Source: an uncultured Gemmatimonadales bacterium (GTDB taxonomy: Bacteria; Gemmatimonadota; Gemmatimonadetes; Gemmatimonadales; GWC2-71-9). Taken from it: 64,000 nucleotides of DNA. A program made the translations under genes and the position numbers. The notes beneath the pieces are model-generated. The model worked only from the letters and a program-made list of their open reading frames with translations. It ran no database searches and was not told the DNA's origin. Each line of letters begins with the position of its first letter. Positions within the stretch are counted from its first letter, which is position 1. Location: NCBI GenBank assembly GCA_963695555.1, contig CAVOGR010000002.1:96001-160000 (forward strand), read 5' to 3'. Below are positions 38,586 through 49,912 of this stretch, piece after piece.

Positions 38586-40144
38586 GAGTCGCAGGTCTCT
38601 TCATTGCAGCAGCCCTGGCTGGTACCACAGACCTCGCGGCACAGGTTGGCCAGGGTGATGCGGCCTGGGCTGCCGGACGCTACCGGGAAGCCAGCGCGGC
38701 CTATCACCAGGCCTTGACCGACGACCCGGGGCAGGTCCGTGCCAATTACCGCTTGGCAATCTTGGCGTCGTGGGAGAACCGATTGGATTCGGCCCTGGTC
38801 CTCATCCAGCGAGCCCGTGTGATGGAGCAGGACGATCCTGACGTTCGCTTTGCCGAGGCGCTCATCCTCTCCTGGTCCGGCCGATTCGACGAGGCCATCG
38901 CCAAGTACGACAGTCTCCTCGGCGCCTTCCCCAGCATGCACGAAGCCGAGCTTGGACGCGCCCGCACCCTGTCCTGGGCCGATCGCATTCCAGATGCGGA
39001 CCGGGCTTATCTGGCCATGCTCGAGCGCAACCCGAACGACCTCGATGCGCTCGCGGGCCGGGCTCAGCTCGCCGCGTGGCAAGGCGATTACGAGACGGCC
39101 ACGGCTCGGTATCACGAGATCCTCGAGCGTGCGCCGACCAATGTGACGGCCAGCGTCGGCCTCGGGCGGGTGCATTACTACCAGGGGCGTTCACGCAGAG
39201 CAATCGACTATCTCGAACGGGCAAAGGCTCTCGAGCCAAACAATCGAGAAGTGCAAGAGTTATATACCACGATTCGGGCGGAGATCCGCCCGCAGGTCAC
39301 CATCACGGCGACATGGTCCGACGACTCGGATGACAACTCCAACTGGTGGCAGGATCTCAAGGGATCCTACTTGCTGGCCGACGGAGTTACCGGTTTCGGA
39401 TCGGTTGGATTGCTGCAGGCAAGCGACCCGCTTCGGAGCGCGAGCCGCACCATGGGCGAGGTGGGAGCAACCGTCGCGCGCGGTAGTTACCGTTTCACCG
39501 GCGCAGTCGGCCTCCGCCGGCTCGCTCCCGATGGCGCGCCCTCCCGAAGCAGCGGGAGCTATCGTCTCGGGGCCATGTACCGTCCGTCGCGACGGGTGTC
39601 CGGCGGGCTCGGCTTTGCCCACTACCCCTTCGACGAAACCGCCAACCTGATCGGCCGCAATCTCGATATTGACCAACTCGATGCCACCCTCGACATCGGA
39701 TTGACAGAGACGCTCTCGCTGAGCGCCGGCGGTGGGGCGGCGTGGGTGTCGGACAACAACAGTCGGGTGGCTGCAGTGCTTGCGCTCACGCAGACGATCC
39801 GGAAGCAGTTCTTTGTCGGGGCATTCGGCCGGGTCCTGGCCTACGATGCGCAGGCCCCGGGGTACTTCACGCCGGATCGCTTTAGCGTCGTCGAAATGCG
39901 CGGCGGGTATTCGGCCGCGTGGCATGGCTGGAGCACCCGAGTGAGTGCCGGCCTGGGCCTTCAGCAGGTGGGTAAGGGTAGCGACACCCAGAGCGAGTGG
40001 CACGCGGAAATGCGGATCTCCCGCAACTGGGCCGCGATCAATCAGGTGGAAGTGTTCGGCTCCATCACCAACAGCGCGGTGAGTTCCACTACGGGAGCGT
40101 TTCGATACGGGACAGTCGGCGCCAGCGTAAGGCTCGGCTTGTAG
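38582..40144 (+). CDS. TPR-repeat outer-membrane beta-barrel protein (YaiO/PgaA-like architecture)
   Basis: Signal peptide; TPRs with SW motifs; amphipathic strands, GYFTPD; overlaps upstream stop (ATGA). Confidence 0.7.
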   Translation: MRVAGLFIAAALAGTTDLAAQVGQGDAAWAAGRYREASAAYHQALTDDPGQVRANYRLAILASWENRLDSALVLIQRARVMEQDDPDVRFAEALILSWSGRFDEAIAKYDSLLGAFPSMHEAELGRARTLSWADRIPDADRAYLAMLERNPNDLDALAGRAQLAAWQGDYETATARYHEILERAPTNVTASVGLGRVHYYQGRSRRAIDYLERAKALEPNNREVQELYTTIRAEIRPQVTITATWSDDSDDNSNWWQDLKGSYLLADGVTGFGSVGLLQASDPLRSASRTMGEVGATVARGSYRFTGAVGLRRLAPDGAPSRSSGSYRLGAMYRPSRRVSGGLGFAHYPFDETANLIGRNLDIDQLDATLDIGLTETLSLSAGGGAAWVSDNNSRVAAVLALTQTIRKQFFVGAFGRVLAYDAQAPGYFTPDRFSVVEMRGGYSAAWHGWSTRVSAGLGLQQVGKGSDTQSEWHAEMRISRNWAAINQVEVFGSITNSAVSSTTGAFRYGTVGASVRLGL

Positions 40145-40168
40145 CGCTCCTGGCCCGAGGGCTCAGAG

Positions 40169-43155
40169 CTAGAAGCCTATCTGAAACCCTATCCGGAGTC
40201 GTCGTGGCGACCCCCTGAACGTATCGGCGCCACGGAACACGTTGTACAATGCGGCCGAGGCGGCTCGCTGTTCGGCAACCTCAAACATCCCGTCCCCATT
40301 GCCGAAACGCTGCTCGGCGCGGATCAGGTAGACGCAGTTTGGCATCGCGGGAGCGCCCCCCTGGTTGACCCAAGAGCCACACATCCCGGCTTGGTTGGGC
40401 TGGCCGGTGCCGAATGTCAGGTCTATCGTGCCGGTCCCAAAGTCCGCCACTCCATTCCGTAGGGCCTCATTGACATACTGTGCACTGTCGCCTCGCCAGG
40501 CGCTCTCGGCCTCCGATGCATTTTCGGTGGTGCCGGTTGTCGCAAACACCCGCTGGATCTCGTCGAGGTTCAACAGGTTTCGTGCGTCGACGTAGGCGGT
40601 AATCGTGGTTCGTCCGAGTGTAAACCCCTTGGTGATCCGGAGATCCAGTTGCTTGAGACTCGGCAGCCGCGAGCCATTGGGCTCGCCGCTGAATTCGCGT
40701 ACGCACACATCACCGGACAAGATCGATTCGTTCCCCGACTCTGGTGGGCAGCGGGTGTAGGCGGTGCCGCTGGCAAAACGGAAGGTGGTGTACACCCCGA
40801 CCTCTTGGAGGATCGTTCCGAGCACTGAGCCTTCCCGCCAGTCTCGTGGGAAGGCCAGGGCGAGCGCACCAGCCACGGTATGCGGCCGAGTCGCCGCTCT
40901 CACTAGGCCCCGGGCGGTTTCCACGTCTTGGTAGGCGTAGCCCACAAATCCGGATAAGACGTCGCCCCACCGGCGGTCGATTCTCAGTTCCACCCCTTTG
41001 ATATCCTCCTTGCCGTCATTGGTAAACAGGCGGACGTCCTGGTCGAGGTTCTTGGCTGGATCGCGAAGGCGAACCAAGCGAGTTGCAGCGAGCGTGTTCC
41101 TGTCTTTGGCGAAGACCGCCACGTCCACTGCCGTCTGATGATCGGGCGTGTACTCGAGCCCGACTTCAGCGAGATCCGTCTTCTCGAATTCGAGGTCAGT
41201 CCCGAAGACGTAGCTGGTAGTCGTGATCGCAAGATCGGTGTTGACACCCGCGAATACGGTCTCGAAATCGGGCGCTTGGGCCCGTCGCGCAGCCGACGCT
41301 CTCAGAGCCACGCGATCGGACACCCGATATCCGAGTTGGAGACTCGGGCTCAGAGCACCGTGTGCTTCGTCGGCCGTGAACCGGGTAAGTGGACGGCCGT
41401 CGGGCGCGGTTCCCTGGTACGTGTTGGTACGCGGGAAGTACACGTACTGATCGAATGTCGGGCTCGTCGGATCGAGGTCGAGAGATACGGCCGCTCAGTG
41501 CGGGAATTGAAGCGATCGAATCGAATGCCGCCCGCGAGCCGGAAGTCCCCCAGCGAGACTTGGTCCTCGGCGAAGACCGCAAAGCGAATGGGCTGCTCGA
41601 TATACACGTCCGAAAAGGCCTGGCTGGTCAGTTGGTGGGAATAATTCGATATCGAGTAACGAGCGAATTCGCCTCCAACCCGAAGCATATGGTGCGCGTT
41701 TGGCCTCCAGCTGGCAGTCAGCTGTCCAACGATGCGGCTTTCCTTGAACAAACGCAGCCATCCTACCGGCCCGCCACTTTCGGAAAACCCGAGGACTCCA
41801 TACGCGTTGTTACGATATCGATCAATCAGTTGGTATTGGTCCCGATTCGCGAGGTCGTAGGGAGACCGCCGGGAGCCAACGATGTTATCGCGGTAATTCT
41901 GGACCAACTGGTCGTCGATCGGGAATTCATCGAAACCGAAGCGGAAATCCAGCGAAGACAGCAAGTAACCGCCGAACGGATCGCGGGAGTCGCGCTCACC
42001 GGCCTGCGACAGCGGTCCCGACAGATAGCGGTCCGCCTGGTAAGACAGGTGTGCCTCCAGCCCGATCGGGATTCGCGACGACTCGGTAGGCGTAAGCGCA
42101 TAGCTCAGCCCGTACACCTGGCTCCGAGCGCTGTTGCCGCCGAGTTGCACGGGGTTGTACAAGTTCAGGTAGTCGAAGTTTCGACTCTGGCCCTGACTGG
42201 CGAGGGCCGTCAGCGCGACTTGGCTGCGAGCGGTAAGGTCAAAGCTCAGTTTGGCGAGTGCTTCATAGCTCGAGCGAGTCGACGCCGGGATACGGACCCC
42301 GGTGCACTCGAAACCGTAATTGTCAGCAATGCCGGGATCGGTGCTGCCGGCGAATGTATCGCAGCTTCCTCGGGCGGCGGCAAAGCGGGTGACGTCAACA
42401 AAGGTGGTGTCGCTGACCGGGTCGCCTGGCGTAGTGGGAACTGCCACCGTCGTGTCGGTGCCGGCCGACACGAAGATGGGAAACGACTCGCTCCCAGGGC
42501 CCGACGGCGCCGACCTCTGACCCTGGAGCACTCCCGCAACGAAGAGCCGGGCGCGCGAACCCAGGGGGCCACCTCCGGCTGCCTGAATGCGATTCAGGCC
42601 GAGGCCGTGATTGACCCCAAGTATCTCATCGGATTCATAGCTCACCGATCCTTCCCAGGCATCGGCGCCGGAGCGCGTGAGCAGCTCGATGACTCCATCC
42701 TGCCCGTTTCCGAAGACGACCGACGCGGCCCCGGTGGTAACCAGTGCGGCGTGGAGCCCATTGACGCCGAGTGCCGCTCCGGAGCCGGACCTCGCTGCCA
42801 GGCTACCTACCAGCGACGTCGAGGCAGCCCGTCGAAATCCGGGCGTGATCGACAGCCCGTCCAGGTAGACTGCCGCGGAGCCCGGTGTACCGCCGCGAAT
42901 CGAGAGGTCGCCATTTTCGAGTCCGACCACGCCGGGCAACAGAATCAGGCCATCTGCGACCCGATCGAGGGGAAGGGCGTCGAGCCACTGCCCCTCTATC
43001 CGCTGAACCGTCGCGCCCTTCGGCGGGGGGAGCGAGTCCGGGGTCGGTACCGACTCCTGGCCTTGCAGAGAGGGAGAGCCGATGCAAAACGCCATGACGA
43101 CAGCAGTCGCCAGAATCTGTACCCTGTGGGACGGGTTCGGCCGCGGGGCGGGCAT
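40169..43155 (-). CDS. TonB-dependent receptor-like outer-membrane protein, one frameshift near 41480
   Basis: Plug motifs LPGVV..LSIRGG..AVYLDG, TGA.S..FGN..GVI; C-terminal PRRLRIGFQIGF; ORFs 41350-43155 and 40169-41443 join at ERPYL/DLDPTSPTF. Confidence 0.8.
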
Positions 43156-43374
43156 TGGCAGGCTCCTCGAAGGGAGAACGACCGACCTGTGTGACGTAGG
43201 TCACGCGCGCCGGCTGGGTGGGTGCCCAACTTGCTTCCGGCACTCCCAGTTCGACTTGCAGCCAGGGGCAAACGCCAACCTGGTAGAGGCAAACGATTGG
43301 ACGAGAAGTCATTGGAAGCAATAGGTTCTCAGTCGTTTCACAGTCACTTCACACTCTTTTCAGGGAGAGACGCT

Positions 43375-43935
43375 GTGTCGAAATCGAGTCTCGGCCGCAC
43401 ACTAACGGCGCTGGTGATGGTGCTGGCCCTGGCCGGCACCACGAACCTCGTGGCACAGAGGGCGAAGATCGGGGTCGGGGGCGGGCCCACCATTCCCATG
43501 GGTGATTTCGGGGATGCCTTCAAGACCGGTTGGCACGGACAGGTCAACGTCCTGTTCGATCTCCCGGCCCTGCCGTTCGACATCCGAGTAGACGGTCAGT
43601 ACGGGCAGCACAAGCTCGATGTGGACGGTTCGGATGCCAAGGCCAAGCTCATTACCGGCATGGTCGGCGCCCAGCTTCCGTTGGGTCCTCCGGGATCACC
43701 TGCCAAGCCATACCTCACTGGTGGCGTTGGCATCACCAATTTTGACTTCGACTCAGGCTTGCCAGGTATCAGTGGGAGCTCGAGCGATTTCATGATCGGT
43801 GGCGGCGGCGGAGTCACATTCTCCGTGGGGTCCGTCAGCCTGTTCGTCGAGGCCCGAATCATGAATGCCTTTAGTGAAGGCAGCAGCACGACGTTTCTAC
43901 CGATCACCGGTGGGATCCTGTTCGGCGGGAAGTAG
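43375..43935 (+). CDS. Small outer-membrane beta-barrel protein
   Basis: Signal peptide; KPYLTGGVG, LFVEARI, LPITGGILF. Confidence 0.8.
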   Translation: MSKSSLGRTLTALVMVLALAGTTNLVAQRAKIGVGGGPTIPMGDFGDAFKTGWHGQVNVLFDLPALPFDIRVDGQYGQHKLDVDGSDAKAKLITGMVGAQLPLGPPGSPAKPYLTGGVGITNFDFDSGLPGISGSSSDFMIGGGGGVTFSVGSVSLFVEARIMNAFSEGSSTTFLPITGGILFGGK

Positions 43936-43954
43936 CCAGTAGGTCCTCCAGTTG

Positions 43955-43992
43955 ACCGCCGTCTCGTCCCAAACGAGGCGGCGGTTTTCTTT
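43955..43992 (+). terminator. Rho-independent terminator
   Basis: ACCGCCGTCTCGT-CCCAA-ACGAGGCGGCGGT followed by TTTCTTT. Confidence 0.75.
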
Positions 43993-44088
43993 CCCCCACA
44001 CTTCATCCACCGGGGTATCCCCAACCCAGGCCACGGGGGGTAGATTTGCCGAAGTGGATGACGCCTTCGCCTGTCTCCCGGACCGCCT

Positions 44089-44991
44089 GTGACTACCGAC
44101 CTGATCATTGATACCGATCCCGGCATCGACGATTGCCTGGCGCTGTTGCTCGCGCTGGCAAGTCCCGAACTCCGCGTCCTCGCCATCGTCACGGTCTACG
44201 GTAACACGACACTCGAGAACGCGACCCGAAATGCGCGGGAGATCGTGCGCCGTGCGGGGCGGACAGTTCCCGTCGTAGCCGGATCTGCGGGGCCGCTCGC
44301 GCGACCATTGGTCACAGCCTCGGAAACCCACGGTGACACGGGATTGGGCTACGCGTCACTTCCCGGCACGGAGTCCGTTGAGCCGGATCCGGAAGCCTTG
44401 CTCAACGCGCTGGCACAGCTCGAGGAACCGGCGACACTGGTAACCTTGGGTCCACTCACCAATCTGGCCGCGGCCATTGCGGCCGATCCCGTCCTGGTGC
44501 GCACCCGTATACGCCGCCACCTTGCGATGGCCGGCAATCTGGCAGCGCGGGGCAATACCACACCCCACGGCGAATTCAACGTGTGGTGCGATCCCGAGGC
44601 GGCCGACCGGGTGCTCCGAGCCCACCTCGGCACCCAGTGGGTGGGACTCGACGTAACCCGCCACCTGACGCTCATGGCGGAAGATGTGGAGCGGCTCAAG
44701 AAGACCGAACGTGACCGCTGGCTCCGCGAGGCCCTTCGATTCTATGTGGAATTCCACCGCGACTTCGAGGGCTTCGACGGCTGCATCATCAACGATCCGT
44801 TGGTGATCGCCCAACTGCTCACCCCGGGAACCGTGAGCTTCGAGGAGGTCGGAGTTCGCATCCACCTTGGCGAGGGCGACGAGCGGGGCCGCGTCGTCGC
44901 CGAGGAGGATGGAACTCCCACGGCATTCGCGACCGGAGCGCGACCGGAACACGCCATCGAGCTGCTCCGGTCGCGCGTATTTAGCCAGTAG
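44089..44991 (+). CDS. Nucleoside hydrolase (IUNH family)
   Basis: DTDPGIDD, HGDTGLG, LGPLTNLA, EFNVWCDPEAA, INDP. Confidence 0.92.
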   Translation: MTTDLIIDTDPGIDDCLALLLALASPELRVLAIVTVYGNTTLENATRNAREIVRRAGRTVPVVAGSAGPLARPLVTASETHGDTGLGYASLPGTESVEPDPEALLNALAQLEEPATLVTLGPLTNLAAAIAADPVLVRTRIRRHLAMAGNLAARGNTTPHGEFNVWCDPEAADRVLRAHLGTQWVGLDVTRHLTLMAEDVERLKKTERDRWLREALRFYVEFHRDFEGFDGCIINDPLVIAQLLTPGTVSFEEVGVRIHLGEGDERGRVVAEEDGTPTAFATGARPEHAIELLRSRVFSQ

Positions 44992-45015
44992 TCGAGCAGG
45001 GTCGGGGCGTCGGGC

Positions 45016-47255
45016 CTAGAGCCGCCAGATTTGGGCGACGAGGAACGTCACGACAAAGCCCATCACCAGCGGCAAGACCGTCGCGACGGTGGTCCATTTG
45101 GTGCTGCCGGTTTCCTTATAGATCGTATAGATGGTCGTCGAGCACGGATTGTGGAGCAGGCTGAACAGCATGAGGTTGAGGCCGGTCAGCAGCGTCCACC
45201 CTCCAGCCCGCAGCAGGTCGCCCACCTGAGAGACCGAGTCCAGCTCGAACATGACGCCCGCCCCACGCCCCCACGCCCGCGATCCCGGCCGTGAGCACGG
45301 TCAGCATCAGGACCGTGGGAATCACGATCTCGTTGGCGGGAATGGCCACGACGTAGGCCAGGAGGATCACCCCGTTCAGGCCAATGAGGATTCCGAACGG
45401 ATTCAGCCAGCCCACCATATGCTCGGCAATGCTGGTACCGCCCACGGACACGTTCGAGATCAACCAGATGACCGCGCCGGCCGGCAAGGCAAACATCACC
45501 GCACGCCAGAGCACGATGAGCGTCCGGTCGATCAGCGAGGTATAGAGTGTCTGGAGAATCCGCGGCGGCCGGTAGGGAGGCAGCTCCAGACTGAAAGTCG
45601 TCGCCTCACCCCGGAGCACGGTGCGCGACAGGAGCCACGACGCCACGAACATTGCCATGATTCCGAGGAGCGCGATGCCGACGACCGCGGCGGCCGCGAC
45701 CACGCCGGCGACGTGCGCCGGGGCGAGCGTTCCGATGAAGATCGACGCGATGAGGATCTGGGTGGGCCAGCGGCCGTTGCAGAGCGAGAAGTTGTTGGTA
45801 ATGATCGCGATCAGCCGCTCGCGCGGGCTGTCGATGACTCGGGTTGCCACGACGCCGGCTGCGTTGCAGCCGAACCCCATGCACATGGTGAGCGCCTGCT
45901 TGCCGTGGGCCCCCGCCTTCTGAAAGAGCTTGTCCAGATTGAACGCCACCCGCGGCAGATACCCGAAGTCTTCGAGCAGGGTAAAGAGCGGGAAGAAGAT
46001 GGCCATCGGCGGCAGCATGACGGTGACCACCCACGCGGTGGCGAGATACATGCCGTCGAATAGGAAGCCGCTCAGCCACCACGGCATGCCGATGGCGGCT
46101 CCGAGAGCCTTCAAGGCCGGGTGCACCGTGTCGAGTCAGGAACGTCGCGATCATTTGCGACGGGACGTTGGCCCCCGCAATGGTGACCCAGAAGACGACC
46201 GCGAGAATCAGCAGCATCACCGGGAAGCCCAGCCAACGGCTCGTCAGCAGCCGATCGAGCTGACGATCGAGATCGAACTTCACGCGCCGCAGCCCGGTGA
46301 CGGTCGATCGGGCCGCTATGCCTTGGGCGCTCTCGTAGATCCCCTGCATCAAGGAATCGTGGAACGTGGGGCTGAGCTCCCACCGAAGGGTGGCGGCGGT
46401 GTCCAACAACTCCTGATTGCCTTCCACGAGCGCCACGCCTTGCCCTTTGGCGTCCCATGCCCCGGCGGACTGCACCACGCCCTCACTCAGCGCTCCGATC
46501 TCACCGGACCGAACCGCTGACAGGACTCGCTCGTCGGCATTCAGCAGTCGAAGGGCAACCCACCGCGCATTGGGCAGCTCCGGAAAGGTCCGCGACACGG
46601 CGGGAACCAGCTGTTGCACCGCGCCCTCGACATTCGGAGGAAGTTCCCGGATGCGGAACGGTCGCGGCTCGACCTGCCCGGTTGCCATCTTATCGATCGC
46701 CACCAGCAGTTCAGGGATGCCCTCGCCGCTCCGTGCCGCGGTGGGAACGACCGGAACGCCGAGTTCGTGGGCCAGCTTGGTCACGTCGACACCGATGCCC
46801 TGACGCCGGGCCTCGTCCATCAGATTGAGGCAGACGACCACTCGATCGGTGATCTCGAGCACCTGGATCACCAGGTTGAGGTTGCGCTCGAGACGGGTCG
46901 CATCGACCACGATGACCGTGACGTCGGGACGCCCAAAGAGGAGGAAGTCGCGGGCTACTTCTTCGTCGGTGCTGCCGGCTTGCAGTGAGTAGGTCCCGGG
47001 CAGGTCGATGAGCTTGACCCGCTTCCCTTCATTCGTGAACGTGCCTTCGGCCCGGGCCACGGTCTTGCCGGGCCAGTTCCCGGTGTGCTGCCGGAGCCCG
47101 GTCAGTGCGTTGAACACGGTACTCTTGCCGGTATTCGGGTTGCCGGCCAGGGCAACGAAGTAGTCCCACTTGTCCGGCTGAACGCCGAGCTGCACCAGCG
47201 ACTCGGTGCGATCGGCGGCGCAGCCTCGACACGGCGCCGTACTAGTGATGCCCAT
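45016..47255 (-). CDS. feoB: Ferrous iron transporter FeoB, two frameshifts (about 46135 and 45265)
   Basis: [57 protein letters not shown] spread over three consecutive ORFs. Confidence 0.88.
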
Positions 47256-48291
47256 GGCCCTGCCCGGCGGCAGATGTGGCGGGCTCGATCAGGATCCACT
47301 CCGCTTGGTGACGGCGGAGCGCGATCATCGCGCCGCGGATCCGGTACGCGACGGGGTCCCCAGCTGCGCTCACCAACTCCGCCTCGATTGCGGTGCCCGG
47401 AACCACACCAAGGTCGAGCAAGCGCCGGCGTTGGGCTCCTTGGCAGGCGGGGGCGATCCCCACGACGGTCCCGCTCTCGCCAAGGTCGAGATCCGTCAGG
47501 TTCGGCAGCGGCACCGCCGCCACTTCGAGGGTGGGCTTTGGAAGAACCGTCACATTGGCGGCAACGACCGGGAGAAGTTCGTGCTCCCGTCCGTCCGTCT
47601 TGAACCGCACCCGCGAGGGATCGGCTGTCACCACCTCGACCGACATGCCGGGCGCGAGACCCTCCGCCAGCACACGGTCGTACACTTCGCGTGGCTCGTC
47701 TTCCAGGTGGACGATCGTTGCGGTGAGGCCGGGGTCGAGGGCGCTGAGCGGAATCCCCGGCATGGCGGGGAGCTCCCCCGTTGCGGTGGGGATCGGATCG
47801 CCGTGCGGATCGTACAGTGGCTGGCCCATTCGAGCCGCGAGATTCTCGGTTTGCTCCTCCGAGAGCCGGTGCTCTTTGATCTCCGCGTCGTCGTGCCAGT
47901 CCGCGGCGGCGACGCCGGTGCGGTCGGCCAGGTAGCGTTCCCACAACCGGTGGGTTCGGAGGATCCGGAGCGCGTAGGCCCGACCCTCATCGGTGAGTCG
48001 CAGTCCTTCCGCGGTCGAGTGCGCGAACCCGAGCGCCTCCACCCGGGCCATCACCCGGACCGCTCGGGCCGGTGACACCCCAAGCGTCCCCGCGACACCC
48101 GGGGCATTCCCAGGCTGGCCCGACAGCTCCGCGTTGTAGAGGTGTTTGAGCGCATCCTCGATGCGCACCCGCTCCGTCATCTGCCAAAGTCGGATGACGC
48201 GGGCGGCGAACCCCCATCGCGGCCACACGACGAGGGCCGTGCCCACAACGAGGAGGGCAAAGATCGACAGTGCCAGAACAGGGTTAACCAT
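47242..48291 (-). CDS. Membrane-anchored DtxR-like protein fused to two FeoA domains
   Basis: N-terminal TM; EDALKHLY, LRTHRLWERYL, DPHGDPIP; C-terminal RRRLLDLGVVPG...GDPVAYRIRG..IALR. Confidence 0.82.
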   Translation of the reverse strand: MVNPVLALSIFALLVVGTALVVWPRWGFAARVIRLWQMTERVRIEDALKHLYNAELSGQPGNAPGVAGTLGVSPARAVRVMARVEALGFAHSTAEGLRLTDEGRAYALRILRTHRLWERYLADRTGVAAADWHDDAEIKEHRLSEEQTENLAARMGQPLYDPHGDPIPTATGELPAMPGIPLSALDPGLTATIVHLEDEPREVYDRVLAEGLAPGMSVEVVTADPSRVRFKTDGREHELLPVVAANVTVLPKPTLEVAAVPLPNLTDLDLGESGTVVGIAPACQGAQRRRLLDLGVVPGTAIEAELVSAAGDPVAYRIRGAMIALRRHQAEWILIEPATSAAGQGHGHH

Positions 48292-48300
48292 CAGACGCTC

Positions 48301-48993
48301 TCATGCACTCACATCCTCGGCCCGACGGCAGAAGACCAGCGCGGCGAGCTCGCGGCCGATGACTTGCTCTCGCCCCCCAACGCGCAGCGTGATTGGGCCG
48401 CCAAAGGGCTGGCAATCCAGGAGCTCGATCCTGCTGCCAAGCTGCAGCCCCGAATCGGCCAGAAAGCGTAACCGCTCGGCGTGATTCGTCATGACCCGGG
48501 ACACTTCCACGACCTGGCCGGGGGCAAGCTCGGCGATCGGAATCGCGTCGACCAGGGCCACCGACCCGTCGGCCTGAGGAATCGGGTCGCCGTGCGGATC
48601 GAACGCCGGGTTTCCCAAGGTCAGTGCCATGCGTTCGATCAGCGAATCGGACACCGCGTGCTCCAGGCGTTCGGCCTCGGGGTGCACGGAGTCCCATGTG
48701 TAGCCCAGCTTTTCAACGAGATACGTTTCGAGAATGCGATGTCGCCGGAGCATGCCGAGTGCAGCACGGCGCCCCTGAGCCGTCAGCTCGACTCCGCGGT
48801 ACGGGGCGTGGTCGAGCAGTCCCTGTTCGGACAGGCGCTTGACCATTTCGCTCACCGACGGAGCCGAGAGGCCGAGGGCGAGCGCAATGTCGCTCGTCGC
48901 CACTGGGCTGGCCTCTTGGGCCAGGCGGTAGATGGCCTTGAGATAGTCTTCCACGGATCGGCTGAGGGCCGGCCTGATCATGAGTTTCGGCAC
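48301..48993 (-). CDS. DtxR/MntR/IdeR family metal-dependent repressor
   Basis: EDYLKAIY, SVSEMVKRL, RRHRILE.YL, EAERLEHAVS, DPHGDPIP, FeoA-like tail. Confidence 0.92.
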   Translation of the reverse strand: MPKLMIRPALSRSVEDYLKAIYRLAQEASPVATSDIALALGLSAPSVSEMVKRLSEQGLLDHAPYRGVELTAQGRRAALGMLRRHRILETYLVEKLGYTWDSVHPEAERLEHAVSDSLIERMALTLGNPAFDPHGDPIPQADGSVALVDAIPIAELAPGQVVEVSRVMTNHAERLRFLADSGLQLGSRIELLDCQPFGGPITLRVGGREQVIGRELAALVFCRRAEDVSA

Positions 48994-49008
48994 TGAACGC
49001 CCCTAAAA

Positions 49009-49044
49009 TTAGGCACGCCTAATGTTAGTATACGGACGGCCTAA
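49009..49044. promoter_or_regulatory. DtxR-family operator
   Basis: Palindrome TTAGGCACGCCTAA (49009-49022) plus a second half-site GCCTAA (49039-49044) upstream of the repressor. Confidence 0.75.
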
Positions 49045-49381
49045 TAGCAACCAGGCTTTCCAAGTGCCCGGCAAAGCTCCGCCCCTTGAGGCACCACCCA
49101 AACCCCCGACGCGAGCGGCGCGCGTGCACGGCCTGGTGTCCGCTCGGGGGGGTGGCTATGCTGGCGTCGAGACTCTGGGTGCCGTAGCAGGGAGATCTAT
49201 GAACGACGGGGCGAGCCGGAGCAGGCATCACGCCACTATGCCGAAGCATTGGAGTACTGGCGCGATGCGGATTCTGAGCTGCATGATACGAGGGAGAAGG
49301 TGTCGGCGCGTGTGACCCGACTCGCGGGTGAGCCGATAGCGCACTGACCTCAGAGCCTGTGTTCCCTTACTGGAGGTGACC

Positions 49382-49798
49382 ATGGCGGTTCGAACACAAA
49401 AGGTCAATTACTCCTACCTGAAGGTCCGGAGCCGAGCCGGCGAGGGCGCCAAGGTCCTGGCCGCGCTCAACGAGGCTGGGGTCAATCTCCTCATGTACTC
49501 CGGATTCCCGATCGGGGGTGGCAAGGCACAGCTCGACCTCGTGACGGATGACATGGGAGCGCTTAGGCGCGTTGCCCGGCGCGAGGGCTGGCAGCTCAGC
49601 AAGAACAAGAAGGCATTCCTCATACAGGGAGATGACACGCACGGCGCGGTGTGCCGCATTGTCGATCGCCTGGCCAAGGCGGACGTCAACATTATCGCGG
49701 CCCAGGCCATCGCCGCCGGCCGCAAGCGGTTCGGGATGATCCTGTGGGTCAATCAGAAGGTGTATGGCAAGGCGGCCAGGGTCTTGAATGCCAAGTAA
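49382..49798 (+). CDS. ACT-like domain protein
   Basis: GGAGG RBS; two ACT-like repeats (RAGEGAKVLAALNEAGVNL; HGAVCRIVDRLAKADVNI). Confidence 0.7.
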   Translation: MAVRTQKVNYSYLKVRSRAGEGAKVLAALNEAGVNLLMYSGFPIGGGKAQLDLVTDDMGALRRVARREGWQLSKNKKAFLIQGDDTHGAVCRIVDRLAKADVNIIAAQAIAAGRKRFGMILWVNQKVYGKAARVLNAK

Positions 49799-49912
49799 GA
49801 AGTCGGAGCCACGCGGTGCCGAACGGGGCGGGCTCGGACGGCGCGCCCCCGTTCTCCCGGCTCCGGCCCGACCGGCTGGTGGCCTCGCTTTCCCGGTGAT
49901 ATAGTTGCCATC

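Noticed and set aside
49050..49370. Long intergenic gap as ncRNA or small gene
   Set aside because: No convincing ORF signal, RNA motif or repeat recognised
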